Source of the DNA: Myxococcota bacterium
Lineage (GTDB): Bacteria; Myxococcota_A; UBA9160; UBA6930
Direction: 5' to 3'
NCBI GenBank assembly: GCA_965223705.1
Contig: OZ245015.1
Location: 3,136,001-3,200,000, forward strand
Length of the DNA: 64,000 nt
The notes below the pieces were generated by a model. That model saw only the letters and a list, made by a program, of their open reading frames with translations. It was not told where the DNA came from and did not search any database. Below are positions 27,219 to 37,024 of the stretch, piece after piece. Position 1 is the stretch's first letter. Each line of letters starts with the position of its first letter. A program made the translations under genes and the position numbers.

Positions 27219-28978
27219 GGCAGAAGTGATGCGTAGGCGACCTGACTCCGGGGCGAGCTCGCCGCCTCGCAGAGTCCGGTTTCCGGGTGATGCGTCACGG
27301 CCATCACCCGCCCGTGCTCCCAGGGGCCGCTCGCGGCCATCCGATGCCCCCTCTTCGTGAGTTCTGAGACGACGTCGGACGCGATCCGCGATTCCGCCGC
27401 CGCCCACCCGGGCTGCGCGGTGCGCGGGTAGAACGAACTCGGCATGTGGAGCGAGTGCACCGTCGGCGCATCGATTGCGGCCTGCAGGTCGCGCTCACCC
27501 CAATCGACGAGCTGTAGGAAGAACTGCAGGGTCCACTGATCCTGTTGGTCGCCCCCGGGCGTCCCGAACGCGATGCGGCGCCCATCCGGCAGCAGAGCCA
27601 CACTCGGAGTTAGCGTTGTTCTCGGGCGCTTTCCCGGAGCGACCACGTTCGGGTGCCGCGCGTCCAGGGCGAACATCTGCGCGCGCGTCCCGATCGGAAA
27701 GCCGAGTTCCGGAATCACCGGCGAGCTCATGATCCATGCGCCGCTCGGCGTCGCCGCCACGAGGTTGCCCTCTCGATCGACAGCGTCGCAATGGGTCGTG
27801 TCACCCCGCCCTTTCGCGGCGGCAAATGCCTGAGGCTCCGCCACGACCGCTCCTTCCTCGGCGACCCACGGCCAGCCCTCGGGCAACGCACCGACACCCG
27901 GTCGCTGCTCAAACGATGCCTGGTCGTGGTCGATCAGCTGCCGGCGGGCTTCGTTGTACGGGGCCCCGAGTAGTGTTTCGAGCGGAACGTCGGCAAAGTT
28001 TGGATCGGCATAGTTCGCCTCTCGGTCGGCGAACGCCAACTTCGCGGCCTCGATAAGGGTGTGGAGGCTGTCTGCGGTTCCGGCACCCATCTCCCCCAGC
28101 GGAATGCCCTCGAGCAAGCGAAGTTGTTGGAGAAACACCGGGCCCTGAGACCATGGCGGACACTTGAAGACCGACGCGCCCCGGTAGGCCGCCGCGACCG
28201 GAGCCTCAACCGTGCCTTCGTAGTTCGCCAAGTCGTGAGCGCTCAGCAACCCCGCGTGCCGTTGCCCCACGTCGTCGACGGCGGGTTGCCGCAAAAACGA
28301 CTCGATCGCCTCGGCGACGGGTCCCCGGTAGAACACGTCTCTCGCGGCGCGAATTTTCTGCTCCCGCGTCCCCGACGTTTTCTTTTCTGCGTCGATGAGC
28401 GACTGCAACGTGTCGGCCCACGCGGGGTTGCGCAACCGCTCCCCGACACCGAGCACCGGAACGTAGAGCGCGGCGCTGGTCGGCCAATCGCGCACGAACT
28501 TGTCGCGGAGGAGCAGAAGCGTGTCGCGGAGGAACCCGTAGGCGGGAAATCCCTCGCGTGCGAGTTTCACAGCCGGGGCCGCGACGCGTTCGAAACGCAT
28601 CGTTCCGAACCTTTCGAGCAGTGTGCACCACGCGTCACAGGCGCCGGGCACCGTCGCCCCCAGCAAGCCGCTTCCGGGAATACGATCGAGGCCGAGCTCG
28701 ACAAAAGCTTCCCGCGTCGCGCGTGCTGGCGCCGTGCCCTGCCCGCAGATCACGTGCGGGGTTTCTTCGCGAGCGTCCCAGTAGAGAATGGGAACTTCAC
28801 CTGCGGGACCGTTCATATGGGGCTCGAGCACTTGCAACGCGAATCCCATGCCGCAGGCCGCATCGGCGGCGTTGCCTCCTTCGGCGAGAATGTGCGCGCC
28901 GATGGCGCTTGCCGCGTAGTGACCGGCGCTTACGGCACCCCCATAGCCCCGCAATGTCGGCCGCGTCGTGAAACTCAC
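27215..28978 (-). CDS. ggt: Gamma-glutamyltransferase family Ntn-hydrolase
   Basis: GGNAADAA, TVPG, KLAFADR, autocleavage GDTTH, PGKRP, GTPGGDQQDQ. Confidence 0.92.
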   Translation of the reverse strand: MSFTTRPTLRGYGGAVSAGHYAASAIGAHILAEGGNAADAACGMGFALQVLEPHMNGPAGEVPILYWDAREETPHVICGQGTAPARATREAFVELGLDRIPGSGLLGATVPGACDAWCTLLERFGTMRFERVAAPAVKLAREGFPAYGFLRDTLLLLRDKFVRDWPTSAALYVPVLGVGERLRNPAWADTLQSLIDAEKKTSGTREQKIRAARDVFYRGPVAEAIESFLRQPAVDDVGQRHAGLLSAHDLANYEGTVEAPVAAAYRGASVFKCPPWSQGPVFLQQLRLLEGIPLGEMGAGTADSLHTLIEAAKLAFADREANYADPNFADVPLETLLGAPYNEARRQLIDHDQASFEQRPGVGALPEGWPWVAEEGAVVAEPQAFAAAKGRGDTTHCDAVDREGNLVAATPSGAWIMSSPVIPELGFPIGTRAQMFALDARHPNVVAPGKRPRTTLTPSVALLPDGRRIAFGTPGGDQQDQWTLQFFLQLVDWGERDLQAAIDAPTVHSLHMPSSFYPRTAQPGWAAAESRIASDVVSELTKRGHRMAASGPWEHGRVMAVTHHPETGLCEAASSPRSQVAYASLLP

Positions 28979-30165
28979 GCGAACATCGGGAAACGTTCGT
29001 AGGGAGCACCCAGAACCGCTTCGGAAGACACCCCGAGAAATCCTTCGATCACCGTTGCGTAGACGCGTCGGAAGTCCGTGGTGAAGTGCAAGTTGTCGCC
29101 CGGATCGAGTTCGACGAGGCTCGGTGGATCGCCGTAGTGACCGCCCTTGACCGCGTCGCCGATCACGAACATGAGGCCGGCAGCACCGTGATCCGTACCG
29201 AGATTCGTGTTTTCGGGCACGCGTCGGCCGAATTCCGAGAACACGAGCATCACGACTTCTTCGGAACGTCCGATGCGCTTGAGGTCCGCGAAGAATCCCG
29301 CGATCGCATCCGACGTGTAGGTCAGCAGGCGGCCGTGTAGATTCGGTTGGTACACGTGGGTGTCGAAAGCATTGTTGCGGAAGGACGTGTAGTAGAGCTG
29401 CGTCGGTAGTTCCGCCGCGATCAGCGACACGATCTTTTCGAGATCCAAGGGCAGCAGGCCGTAGTCGACGGGCGAGTCATACGCGGACCACGCTTCGCGT
29501 ACACGACTCGCTGCGCTTTGTGCGGAAGCCGCAACGTCGCGTAGGAAGGCGTGGGAAGCGTTCGACGTCGCGGCCTGTGTCGGAAGCTCTCGCATCGCCG
29601 CGTTCTGCGCCGCCCCGGCTTTCCGAGTGAATCGCACCGGATCGTCGAACACGACGGGCTGATGTCGCCGCCCGCGAACGGCGAGCGATTGCGAAGCGTC
29701 GATGTTGACGATCACTTCGCGAGCGTCTTTCGGTGCCATGACGTCTGCCAGGCGTCCGACCCAACCGAGTTCCTCGCCGCTATTGGGCGCCGCGGTGTGC
29801 CAGTACGCCATCGACGTAAAGTGCGAGAAAGAGGGGTTTTCGTAGCCGCAGCCGTGGACGATGGCCACGTTGCCTTCCTTGTAGAGCCGTTCGAAACCGG
29901 CCATCGAAGGATGCAATCCGTAGTGGTCATCGATCTTGCGGAGTTTCTCGGCGGCGATTCCGACACTCGGGCGCTGCCGATAGTACGCATCATCGCCGTA
30001 AGGCACGACGGTATTCAAGCCGTCGTTACCTCCCGAGAGTTCGAGCACCACCAGTTTTCGACCGGACTCCGCCGCGCGCGCCGCGATCGGCCACCAACAC
30101 GCCGCGGACAAGCCTGCGCCGAGTGAGAGCAACAGAGATCGTCGATCGATAACCGGGTCCGTCAT
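28975..30165 (-). CDS. DUF1501 domain protein (Tat-exported)
   Basis: DRRSLL twin-arginine signal, LSGGNDGLN, SHF, FDTH, SEFGRR..N..GTDHG. Confidence 0.92.
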   Translation of the reverse strand: MTDPVIDRRSLLLSLGAGLSAACWWPIAARAAESGRKLVVLELSGGNDGLNTVVPYGDDAYYRQRPSVGIAAEKLRKIDDHYGLHPSMAGFERLYKEGNVAIVHGCGYENPSFSHFTSMAYWHTAAPNSGEELGWVGRLADVMAPKDAREVIVNIDASQSLAVRGRRHQPVVFDDPVRFTRKAGAAQNAAMRELPTQAATSNASHAFLRDVAASAQSAASRVREAWSAYDSPVDYGLLPLDLEKIVSLIAAELPTQLYYTSFRNNAFDTHVYQPNLHGRLLTYTSDAIAGFFADLKRIGRSEEVVMLVFSEFGRRVPENTNLGTDHGAAGLMFVIGDAVKGGHYGDPPSLVELDPGDNLHFTTDFRRVYATVIEGFLGVSSEAVLGAPYERFPMFA

Positions 30166-30177
30166 AGAGCCTCCGAA

Positions 30178-31983
30178 CTAACCGAGTTGATACCCCGGCG
30201 CGCTCAGGATGAGATGCAACACCTCGCGGAGCGGGCGATCGAGATAGGTCTCCGCCTCGCCGAGCTTCTCCGTGCCGAGCTCCTGCACGAGGAAGGCGAT
30301 CAACCGGGCGCGCATCCCGACCGGCGGCTCGACAGGAAAGAAGCGTTCGAGCAGATGGTCGACCGCTTCGGTTGCCGTGGTCGCCCCGGCCGCCCTAACC
30401 ATCCCGGCGAGATCGGGGTTCGCGAGCGATCGAGGGATCGGCTTTACCCTCTCGATCGCCATCTGCCACCCTCGGTAGCTCCCGAACCGCGTGTTGAAAT
30501 CCTCGTCGCGGTCCGCCATGGCGTTCGCCATCGACATCATCCCGCCGCCGTCCTCCGCCGGTACGGTGGCGGAGCTGATGTCGTAACCGGCTCCGATCCG
30601 CGTGTGTACTTCGCGGATCTTCGGGTCTCGCGGCAATCGATCGTGGGGAACGAAGTTGATGTCCGGGAACAGCACGTCGTATGCGAAGTTCCCCCGCGCG
30701 ATCAGTAGCCCCGGCGTGATCCACGAGCGCCCGTGTGCCCAGCCGGCCACCGTCGGTGGCCAGAAGAGCTGTTGACCGAGCTCTTTCGTGACGTCGTTGA
30801 AATCCGGCACCCCCGGAACTTCCTCGAGCTCGAGCTTTCGATAGGTCGAGATGACGAGGGGAACCGGCGGACGAATGAGTGTCCCGACGGAGGGCGCGCT
30901 GTAGAAATCGTTCGAAAGGAAGATCGTCGTCAAGAGCCCGGCGATGTCGTAGCCGCCCGCGCGAAAGCGATTGCCGAGCTCGGTCCGAAGCTCCGGCGAT
31001 AAATCGTCGCGAACGAAATAGCGGTAGAGCTTGCTGGCGATGAACTCGGCGGTGGCCGGCTCTTCGAGGATGATATCGATGACGTCCGTGCCGCTCAGCT
31101 TCCCGGTGTGACCGAGCACGGTCTTCTCAGTGGCATCGTGCTGATCGGCGTTGATGACGAAATCCAAATCGCGGAAGTTCCAGCCGGTAAATGCACGCGC
31201 CGCCTCTCGGATGTCTTCCTCGGTGTAGTTCCCGACGCCCATGGTGAACAGTTCCATGATCTCTCGGGCGAAATTTTCGTTCGGCGAACCCTTGACGTTC
31301 ACGCCGGCGTCGAGGAAGGACAACATCGCGGGTCCCTGGGACACGCCGACGAGGAGATCTCGAAAATTCCCGAGGCCGTGCTCGTGGAACACCGCGAGTT
31401 GCTGTTCAAACTTTCGATAGTCCCGAACCTTCGTTTCGTGGACGGCGAAGTGTCCGTGCCAAAAGAGCGCGGCCTTTTCTTCGAGAGGACGCGGACTGAC
31501 GAGCATGCGTTGCGCCCACCAATAAGCGAGACGCTGGGTTTCGAGATAGCTCGCTCGGAGCCAATAGAAGAAGCGATCGACAACGGGCTGAAGCCGGCGG
31601 TTGCCGGTCGGCTTCACCTTCACACCCATCGCGGTCCCGGTTTTCTTCGCGAGCTCGGTCGCGGCCGGCCGACTCGGAGGGAACGGTTCGAGCCCCGGGT
31701 CGTGCACGCCCGAAGCATCGAAAGCCGGAAGCGGCGTCTTGTCGACGCCCTCGAAGCGGACCATCCGCGCGACCGCCTGCCGAGGCGTCAGCGCGGCCAG
31801 TGCGGAGATTTCGCGCGGCGTGCCGCCGAAGCCGGCGCGCTCGAGCAAGTGCGCAGCGCGCCGCTCGTTCCAGTCTCCCGCGCCGATCGGCTCGAGATCG
31901 CCGGCTTGCGGTGTCGCCTCGGCCGCGGGCGCCCCGGCGACCGTCACACAGGTGAGGAGGATCAACGCTCGGAGAGTGGCCAT
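30178..31983 (-). CDS. DUF1800 domain protein
   Basis: HLLERAGFG, LFWHGHF, PAMLSFLD, PNENFAREIMELFTMG, ARAFTGW, PPTVAGW. Confidence 0.92.
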   Translation of the reverse strand: MATLRALILLTCVTVAGAPAAEATPQAGDLEPIGAGDWNERRAAHLLERAGFGGTPREISALAALTPRQAVARMVRFEGVDKTPLPAFDASGVHDPGLEPFPPSRPAATELAKKTGTAMGVKVKPTGNRRLQPVVDRFFYWLRASYLETQRLAYWWAQRMLVSPRPLEEKAALFWHGHFAVHETKVRDYRKFEQQLAVFHEHGLGNFRDLLVGVSQGPAMLSFLDAGVNVKGSPNENFAREIMELFTMGVGNYTEEDIREAARAFTGWNFRDLDFVINADQHDATEKTVLGHTGKLSGTDVIDIILEEPATAEFIASKLYRYFVRDDLSPELRTELGNRFRAGGYDIAGLLTTIFLSNDFYSAPSVGTLIRPPVPLVISTYRKLELEEVPGVPDFNDVTKELGQQLFWPPTVAGWAHGRSWITPGLLIARGNFAYDVLFPDINFVPHDRLPRDPKIREVHTRIGAGYDISSATVPAEDGGGMMSMANAMADRDEDFNTRFGSYRGWQMAIERVKPIPRSLANPDLAGMVRAAGATTATEAVDHLLERFFPVEPPVGMRARLIAFLVQELGTEKLGEAETYLDRPLREVLHLILSAPGYQLG

Positions 31984-32060
31984 GGGTACATCCTACACAA
32001 AGGTTCCCCGTGGGTGCCCGCCCTCGGGCTATGCTGCGGCTGGCTCTTCGGAGGAATCTC

Positions 32061-33269
32061 GTGACAGGCCGGCCCCCGCTCGATGGCATTCGCGTGCTCG
32101 ACCTGACCCGCTACTTGGCGGGGCCCTTCGCTTCGATGCTCCTGTCGGACTACGGCGCCGACATCATCAAGGTCGAATCCCCGTCGGGTCGCGAGTTCCG
32201 AGGACAGGCAAAGGATCGCGACAGCTACTTCTTCCTGTCCGCGAACCGCGGCAAGCGGTCGATCACACTCGACCTAAAGGCCGAGGCGACGCGAGAACTG
32301 ATCCTACGGCTGATCCCCTCGTTCGACGTGGTGCTCGAGAATTTCCGGCCCGACGTCATGGAAAAACTCGGCCTGGGTGCGGAGGCGTTGCTCGAGCGGA
32401 ATCCGCGCCTCGTCTACTGCGGGATCTCGGGTTTCGGGGCGACGGGTCCGTACGCGAACCGTCCGGGGTTCGATCAGATCGCCCAGGGAATGAGTGGCTT
32501 CATGAGTCTCACGGGTACCGCCGCCGAAGGACCCACGCGCGCGGGGATCGCGATCGCCGACTTGCTCGGGGGCATTTTCGCCGCACACGGCGTTCAGTTG
32601 GCATTGTTCGCGCGGGAACGAACGGGACGCGGCCAGGTCGTCCACACGTCGCTCCTCGAAGCGGTGATCAGCATTCTCTCGTGGGGTGCCGGAATGTTCT
32701 TCGAGCGCGGCGAAGCGCCCGGCCCGGCCGGGCAACACCACCCCTTGGCGTCGCCTTACGGGCGCTTCCGAGCACGCGACGGTTACTTGAACATCGCCGC
32801 GGGAAACCCCTCCATGTGGGAAAAGCTGGCGCGGGCGTTGGGCCACGAGGAGTGGATCGCAGACCCGCGCTTTGCCGGTTCCGGCGACCGCGTGCGCCAT
32901 CGTGACGACTTGACTCGAGAGATCGAGGCCGTCCTGGCGGCGAACGACGTGGCCTACTGGGTTTCGGTCGTGAACGAAGCGGGGATTCCCTGCGGGCCAG
33001 TCCTCGACGTGGCGGAAGTCTTTAGCGACCCGCAAGTACTCGCCCGCGACATGCTCGTCTCGATGCCGCATCCGGAGGTTGGAACCTTTCACACCACCGG
33101 ACTGCCGATCAAGCTGTCGGAGACTCCCGGCGAAATCACGCGGCGCCCGCCGCTCCACGGTGAACACGGAAACGAGATCTTGCGAGAGCTTGGTCTCGGC
33201 GACGACGAAATCGAACGACTACGGGCCGAACGCGTGTTCGGCTCCGAGGAAGCGGAGACACCCCGATGA
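32061..33269 (+). CDS. Family III CoA-transferase (CaiB/BaiF)
   Basis: LDGIRVLDLT..LAGP, NRGKRS, ENFRP, ISGFG, GFD; GTG after GGAGG. Confidence 0.93.
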   Translation: MTGRPPLDGIRVLDLTRYLAGPFASMLLSDYGADIIKVESPSGREFRGQAKDRDSYFFLSANRGKRSITLDLKAEATRELILRLIPSFDVVLENFRPDVMEKLGLGAEALLERNPRLVYCGISGFGATGPYANRPGFDQIAQGMSGFMSLTGTAAEGPTRAGIAIADLLGGIFAAHGVQLALFARERTGRGQVVHTSLLEAVISILSWGAGMFFERGEAPGPAGQHHPLASPYGRFRARDGYLNIAAGNPSMWEKLARALGHEEWIADPRFAGSGDRVRHRDDLTREIEAVLAANDVAYWVSVVNEAGIPCGPVLDVAEVFSDPQVLARDMLVSMPHPEVGTFHTTGLPIKLSETPGEITRRPPLHGEHGNEILRELGLGDDEIERLRAERVFGSEEAETPR

Positions 33270-33565
33270 AGACGATTGACCCCGATCGAACCGACCTCGC
33301 TCGGGAGTTTCGCGAAGCGCCGATGGGACCGCACAGCGCAGAGTTGCAGCAACTGCTGTCGGTCATGCGCTGGCAACCGCTCAAAGGCAAGCCGATCGTG
33401 GTGTGCACCGAACCGAATCGCGAATGGAGACTGGGCCGCAACCCAGGGCGTCGCGGGGAAGCCATCGCTTTTGAGGGCGATCCGTTCGACAACATGGGCG
33501 ACGCGTTGTGGGCATTGTTCCGGGCGCGTTGGGAGGCGGCGACCGGCCGCTCTCTCGAACTGTAG
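33266..33565 (+). CDS. N,N-dimethylformamidase small (alpha) subunit-like protein
   Basis: EF...P.GPHS.ELQQLL..MR...GK.IVV...P.REW pattern; directly upstream of the large subunit. Confidence 0.72.
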   Translation: MKTIDPDRTDLAREFREAPMGPHSAELQQLLSVMRWQPLKGKPIVVCTEPNREWRLGRNPGRRGEAIAFEGDPFDNMGDALWALFRARWEAATGRSLEL

Positions 33566-33574
33566 GAGACTGCG

Positions 33575-35770
33575 ATGGAACGCCTACTCGGCTACAGCGA
33601 TGAAATCAGTGTTTTTGCGGGTCAGACGATCGCGTTCAAAGTCTCGTCCCCGAGCGGCGAGCCCTATCGAGCGGAGCTTGTGCGCTTGCGCTGCGCCGAC
33701 AGCGATGCGGGCGGACCGGGGTTCAAAGAGACGAAGCTCTCGGCTGCGTTTGAGGGAGAGCACCCCGGGCGGAGACAGCCGATCGGCATCGGTTCCTTCG
33801 TCGAGGTCTCCCACCCGGAAGCCTTCGCTCTCGCGAGCTTTACGCTCGGTGCGATGGTCTTCGCGACCACGCCCGGGGAACGAGAACAGGCCCTTCTGGG
33901 GACCTACGACCCCGATCGCCGAACCGGTTTCGGCCTTGGCCTCGACGCCACCGGCGCCCCGGCGCTGTTCGTGGGTGACGGCCGAGAGCGCTCGCTGATC
34001 TCCACCGGCGAGCCGCTCATTCCGAGCCACTGGTACTTAATCGCGGCGAGCTACGACGCGGAGCGCGGCGAAGGGCAGATCTATCAGATTCCTCAATTCG
34101 AGTACGCGGTGGGGACCGAGTCGGCTTCGGCACGCAGAGATGGCGTGGCGCAGCCGGCGCCCGGCGCAGCGCTTCGAATGGCGGCGTGGGCCGCCGATGG
34201 CCTGCCCCGCGATGCGTTCAACGGAAAGCTCGAAGATCCGTGGGTGATGTCGCGTGCCCTCGATCGAAACGCCATCGAGCGTGTGGCCGCCGCGGGACCG
34301 GCACATCGCGGCGACGGCGACGTGGTGGCGTCCTGGGATCTCGCGCAGCAACCGGAAGGCCGGCGCGTGGTCGACGCCGGACCGAGAAAACTCCACGGGA
34401 CCACCGAGAACCTGCCGACGCGCGCCGTCCGCGGACGTCGCTGGGACGGCACAGAGCACCGCTTCACCGAAGCGCCGGATCACTACGGGGCGATCCACTT
34501 CCACGAAGACGATCTCTACGACTGTCAGTGGGACACCGATTTTGCGTACGAAATTCCCGCGGACTTAGCGTCGGGACTCTACGCGGCGAAACTCAGCCAG
34601 GGATCGCAGGAAGAATATCTCCCGTTCTACGTGCGGCCCGCCCCCGGCGCGGCTCGCAACAAGCTGGCCCTTCTCATTCCGACCGCGAGCTACTACGCCT
34701 ACGCGAATTTCCACATCAACACGGAATGGGATTTCTCGGAACACATCCTCAACTTCTTCACGGTGCTCGACGCCGAGGCGCACTACCTCCAGACCCACGC
34801 GGAGCTCGGTGTCTCGACCTACGATTCCCACACCGACGGGAGCGGCGTCTGTTTCTCTTCACGCCTTCGCCCCGTGATCAACATGCGGCCCCATACGTGG
34901 TCATGGCAGTTCTGCGCCGATACGCATCTGCTCGACTGGCTCGAAGAGAAGGAGATCGCGTTCGATGTCATCACGGACGACGACCTTCACCGCGAGGGCT
35001 TTGCGCTTCTCGAGCCCTATCAATGCGTGATGACCGGGACGCACCCCGAATATTATTCGCGCGACATGATGAACGCGCTGCAGACCTACAAGGCGAGCGG
35101 CGGACGCCTCATGTACATGGGTGGCAACGGCTTCTACTGGAAAGTCGACTACAACGAGACGTTCCCCGGGGCCATCGAAATGCGGCGCGCCGAGGACGGC
35201 TCTCGCGGTTGGCTGGCCGAGCCCGGCGAGTACTACAACGCGTGGAGCGGAGAGCTGTCGGGCCTCTGGTGTCGCAACGGCATGCCACCCCAGGCCATCG
35301 GCGGCACAGGCTTTGCCGCACAGGGGTTCGATTCGTCGACGCACTTCCGGCGCACGGCGGCGAGTTTCGATCCTCGAGCGGCGTTCATCTTCGAGGGCGT
35401 CGGCGACGACGAAGTGATCGGGAACTTCGGCGCGATGGGCGGGGGTGCCGCCGGTTGGGAAGTCGATCGCGCGGACTTCGCACTCGGCACCCCGCCGCAC
35501 GCCCTGATCGTCGCCGAGGCCACAGATTTTTCGGTGGGTTACGTCTGGGTCGCCGAAGAGCATCGCCACGCGCACCCGGCAATTACCGGAGAGACCTGCC
35601 CGCACGTGCGGGCCGATATGGTGTTCTTCGAAACACCGAACGGCGGCGCCGTGTTCTCGACGAGCTCGATCGCGTGGAGCGGCGCGCTTGCCTATGCCGA
35701 CTACGACAACAACGTTTCGCGGATCACGGAAAACGTGGTGCGCCGTTTCCTCGACCCCAAGCCCTTCTGA
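33575..35770 (+). CDS. N,N-dimethylformamidase large (beta) subunit-like protein with LamG-like insert
   Basis: YGAIHFHEDDL, YYAYAN, STYDSHTDGSG, HPEYYS, YMGGNGFYW, GWEVDR, GGAVFSTSSIAW. Confidence 0.9.
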   Translation: MERLLGYSDEISVFAGQTIAFKVSSPSGEPYRAELVRLRCADSDAGGPGFKETKLSAAFEGEHPGRRQPIGIGSFVEVSHPEAFALASFTLGAMVFATTPGEREQALLGTYDPDRRTGFGLGLDATGAPALFVGDGRERSLISTGEPLIPSHWYLIAASYDAERGEGQIYQIPQFEYAVGTESASARRDGVAQPAPGAALRMAAWAADGLPRDAFNGKLEDPWVMSRALDRNAIERVAAAGPAHRGDGDVVASWDLAQQPEGRRVVDAGPRKLHGTTENLPTRAVRGRRWDGTEHRFTEAPDHYGAIHFHEDDLYDCQWDTDFAYEIPADLASGLYAAKLSQGSQEEYLPFYVRPAPGAARNKLALLIPTASYYAYANFHINTEWDFSEHILNFFTVLDAEAHYLQTHAELGVSTYDSHTDGSGVCFSSRLRPVINMRPHTWSWQFCADTHLLDWLEEKEIAFDVITDDDLHREGFALLEPYQCVMTGTHPEYYSRDMMNALQTYKASGGRLMYMGGNGFYWKVDYNETFPGAIEMRRAEDGSRGWLAEPGEYYNAWSGELSGLWCRNGMPPQAIGGTGFAAQGFDSSTHFRRTAASFDPRAAFIFEGVGDDEVIGNFGAMGGGAAGWEVDRADFALGTPPHALIVAEATDFSVGYVWVAEEHRHAHPAITGETCPHVRADMVFFETPNGGAVFSTSSIAWSGALAYADYDNNVSRITENVVRRFLDPKPF

Positions 35771-35776
35771 GGACCC

Positions 35777-37024
35777 ATGAACTTCGAAATTCCTGACGAT
35801 ATCCAGGCGAAACTGCGGGAACTGGACGATTTCATCGAACGCGAGATCGCACCCTTGCAGGCGTCGAACGACAACGAGCGCTACTTCGACCACCGCAGAG
35901 AGTGGGCCCGAACGGACTGGGAGAACGACGGGCAGCCCGACGAAGCTTGGGAGGCACTACTCCTCGAGATGCGGCGCCGCGCCGATCGCGCAGGTCATCT
36001 CCGCTTCGGACTTCCGAAAGAACTCGGTGGATCCGACGGCTCGAATCTCGCGATGGCCGTCATCCGGGAACATTTCGCCGCGAAAGGCTTGGGGCTGCAC
36101 AACGATCTCCAGAACGAGTCTTCGATCGTCGGCAATTTTCCCGTCGCGATCATGCTGCACCGATTCGGGACCGATGCGCAAAAGAAGGAATTCCTCGAAG
36201 ACATCATCACCGGCGCCAAGTCGATCGGTTTTGGTCTCACCGAGCCCCTCCACGGGAGCGACGCGACGTGGCTCGAGACGACGGCCGTCCGCGACGGCCG
36301 TGAGTGGGTGCTGAACGGCCAGAAGCGTTTCAATACCGGGCTCCACGATGCCACCCACGACATGATTTTCGCGCGCACTTCCGGAAAGCAGGGCGATGCC
36401 AACGGCATTACCGCGTTCCTGGTCCCGACGGAGCTTCCGGGGTTTCGGGTCGAATACATGTGGTGGACGTTCAATATGCCGAGCGACCATGCCGAGGTCT
36501 CTCTCGAGAACGTTCGCGTGGACGACTCCGCGATCCTCGGCGAAGAAGGCCGTGGGCTCGCTCTGGCGCAGACCTTCGTGCACGAGAACCGCATTCGACA
36601 AGCCGCGTCGAGCGTGGGCGCCGCCCAGTTCTGCATCGACCGGAGCGTGGCCTACGCGCGAGAGCGCCAGGTTTTCGGGAAACCGTTGTGGCTGAATCAG
36701 GCGATTCAGTTTCCGCTCGCGGAACTGCAAACCGAGTGCGAGATGGTGAGAAACCTCGTTTACAAGACCGCGTGGCAGCTCGATCAGGAACACCACATGG
36801 ACGTCACCGACAAGGTGTCGATGTGCAACTACCGGGCGAACCGCCTGGTCTGCGATGCGGCGGATCAAGCCATGCAGGTCCACGGGGGGGTCGGCTACTC
36901 CCGCCACCAGCCCTTCGAGCACATCTTCCGCCACCATCGGCGCTACCGGATTACCGAGGGTGCCGAGGAAATTCAGATCCGGCGCGTCGCGGGCATTATG
37001 TTCGGGCGGGAAGCGAAGCGCTAG
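35777..37024 (+). CDS. Acyl-CoA dehydrogenase
   Basis: FGLTEP.HGSD, LNGQK, R..FG, QVHGGVG, RITEGAEEIQ. Confidence 0.93.
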   Translation: MNFEIPDDIQAKLRELDDFIEREIAPLQASNDNERYFDHRREWARTDWENDGQPDEAWEALLLEMRRRADRAGHLRFGLPKELGGSDGSNLAMAVIREHFAAKGLGLHNDLQNESSIVGNFPVAIMLHRFGTDAQKKEFLEDIITGAKSIGFGLTEPLHGSDATWLETTAVRDGREWVLNGQKRFNTGLHDATHDMIFARTSGKQGDANGITAFLVPTELPGFRVEYMWWTFNMPSDHAEVSLENVRVDDSAILGEEGRGLALAQTFVHENRIRQAASSVGAAQFCIDRSVAYARERQVFGKPLWLNQAIQFPLAELQTECEMVRNLVYKTAWQLDQEHHMDVTDKVSMCNYRANRLVCDAADQAMQVHGGVGYSRHQPFEHIFRHHRRYRITEGAEEIQIRRVAGIMFGREAKR

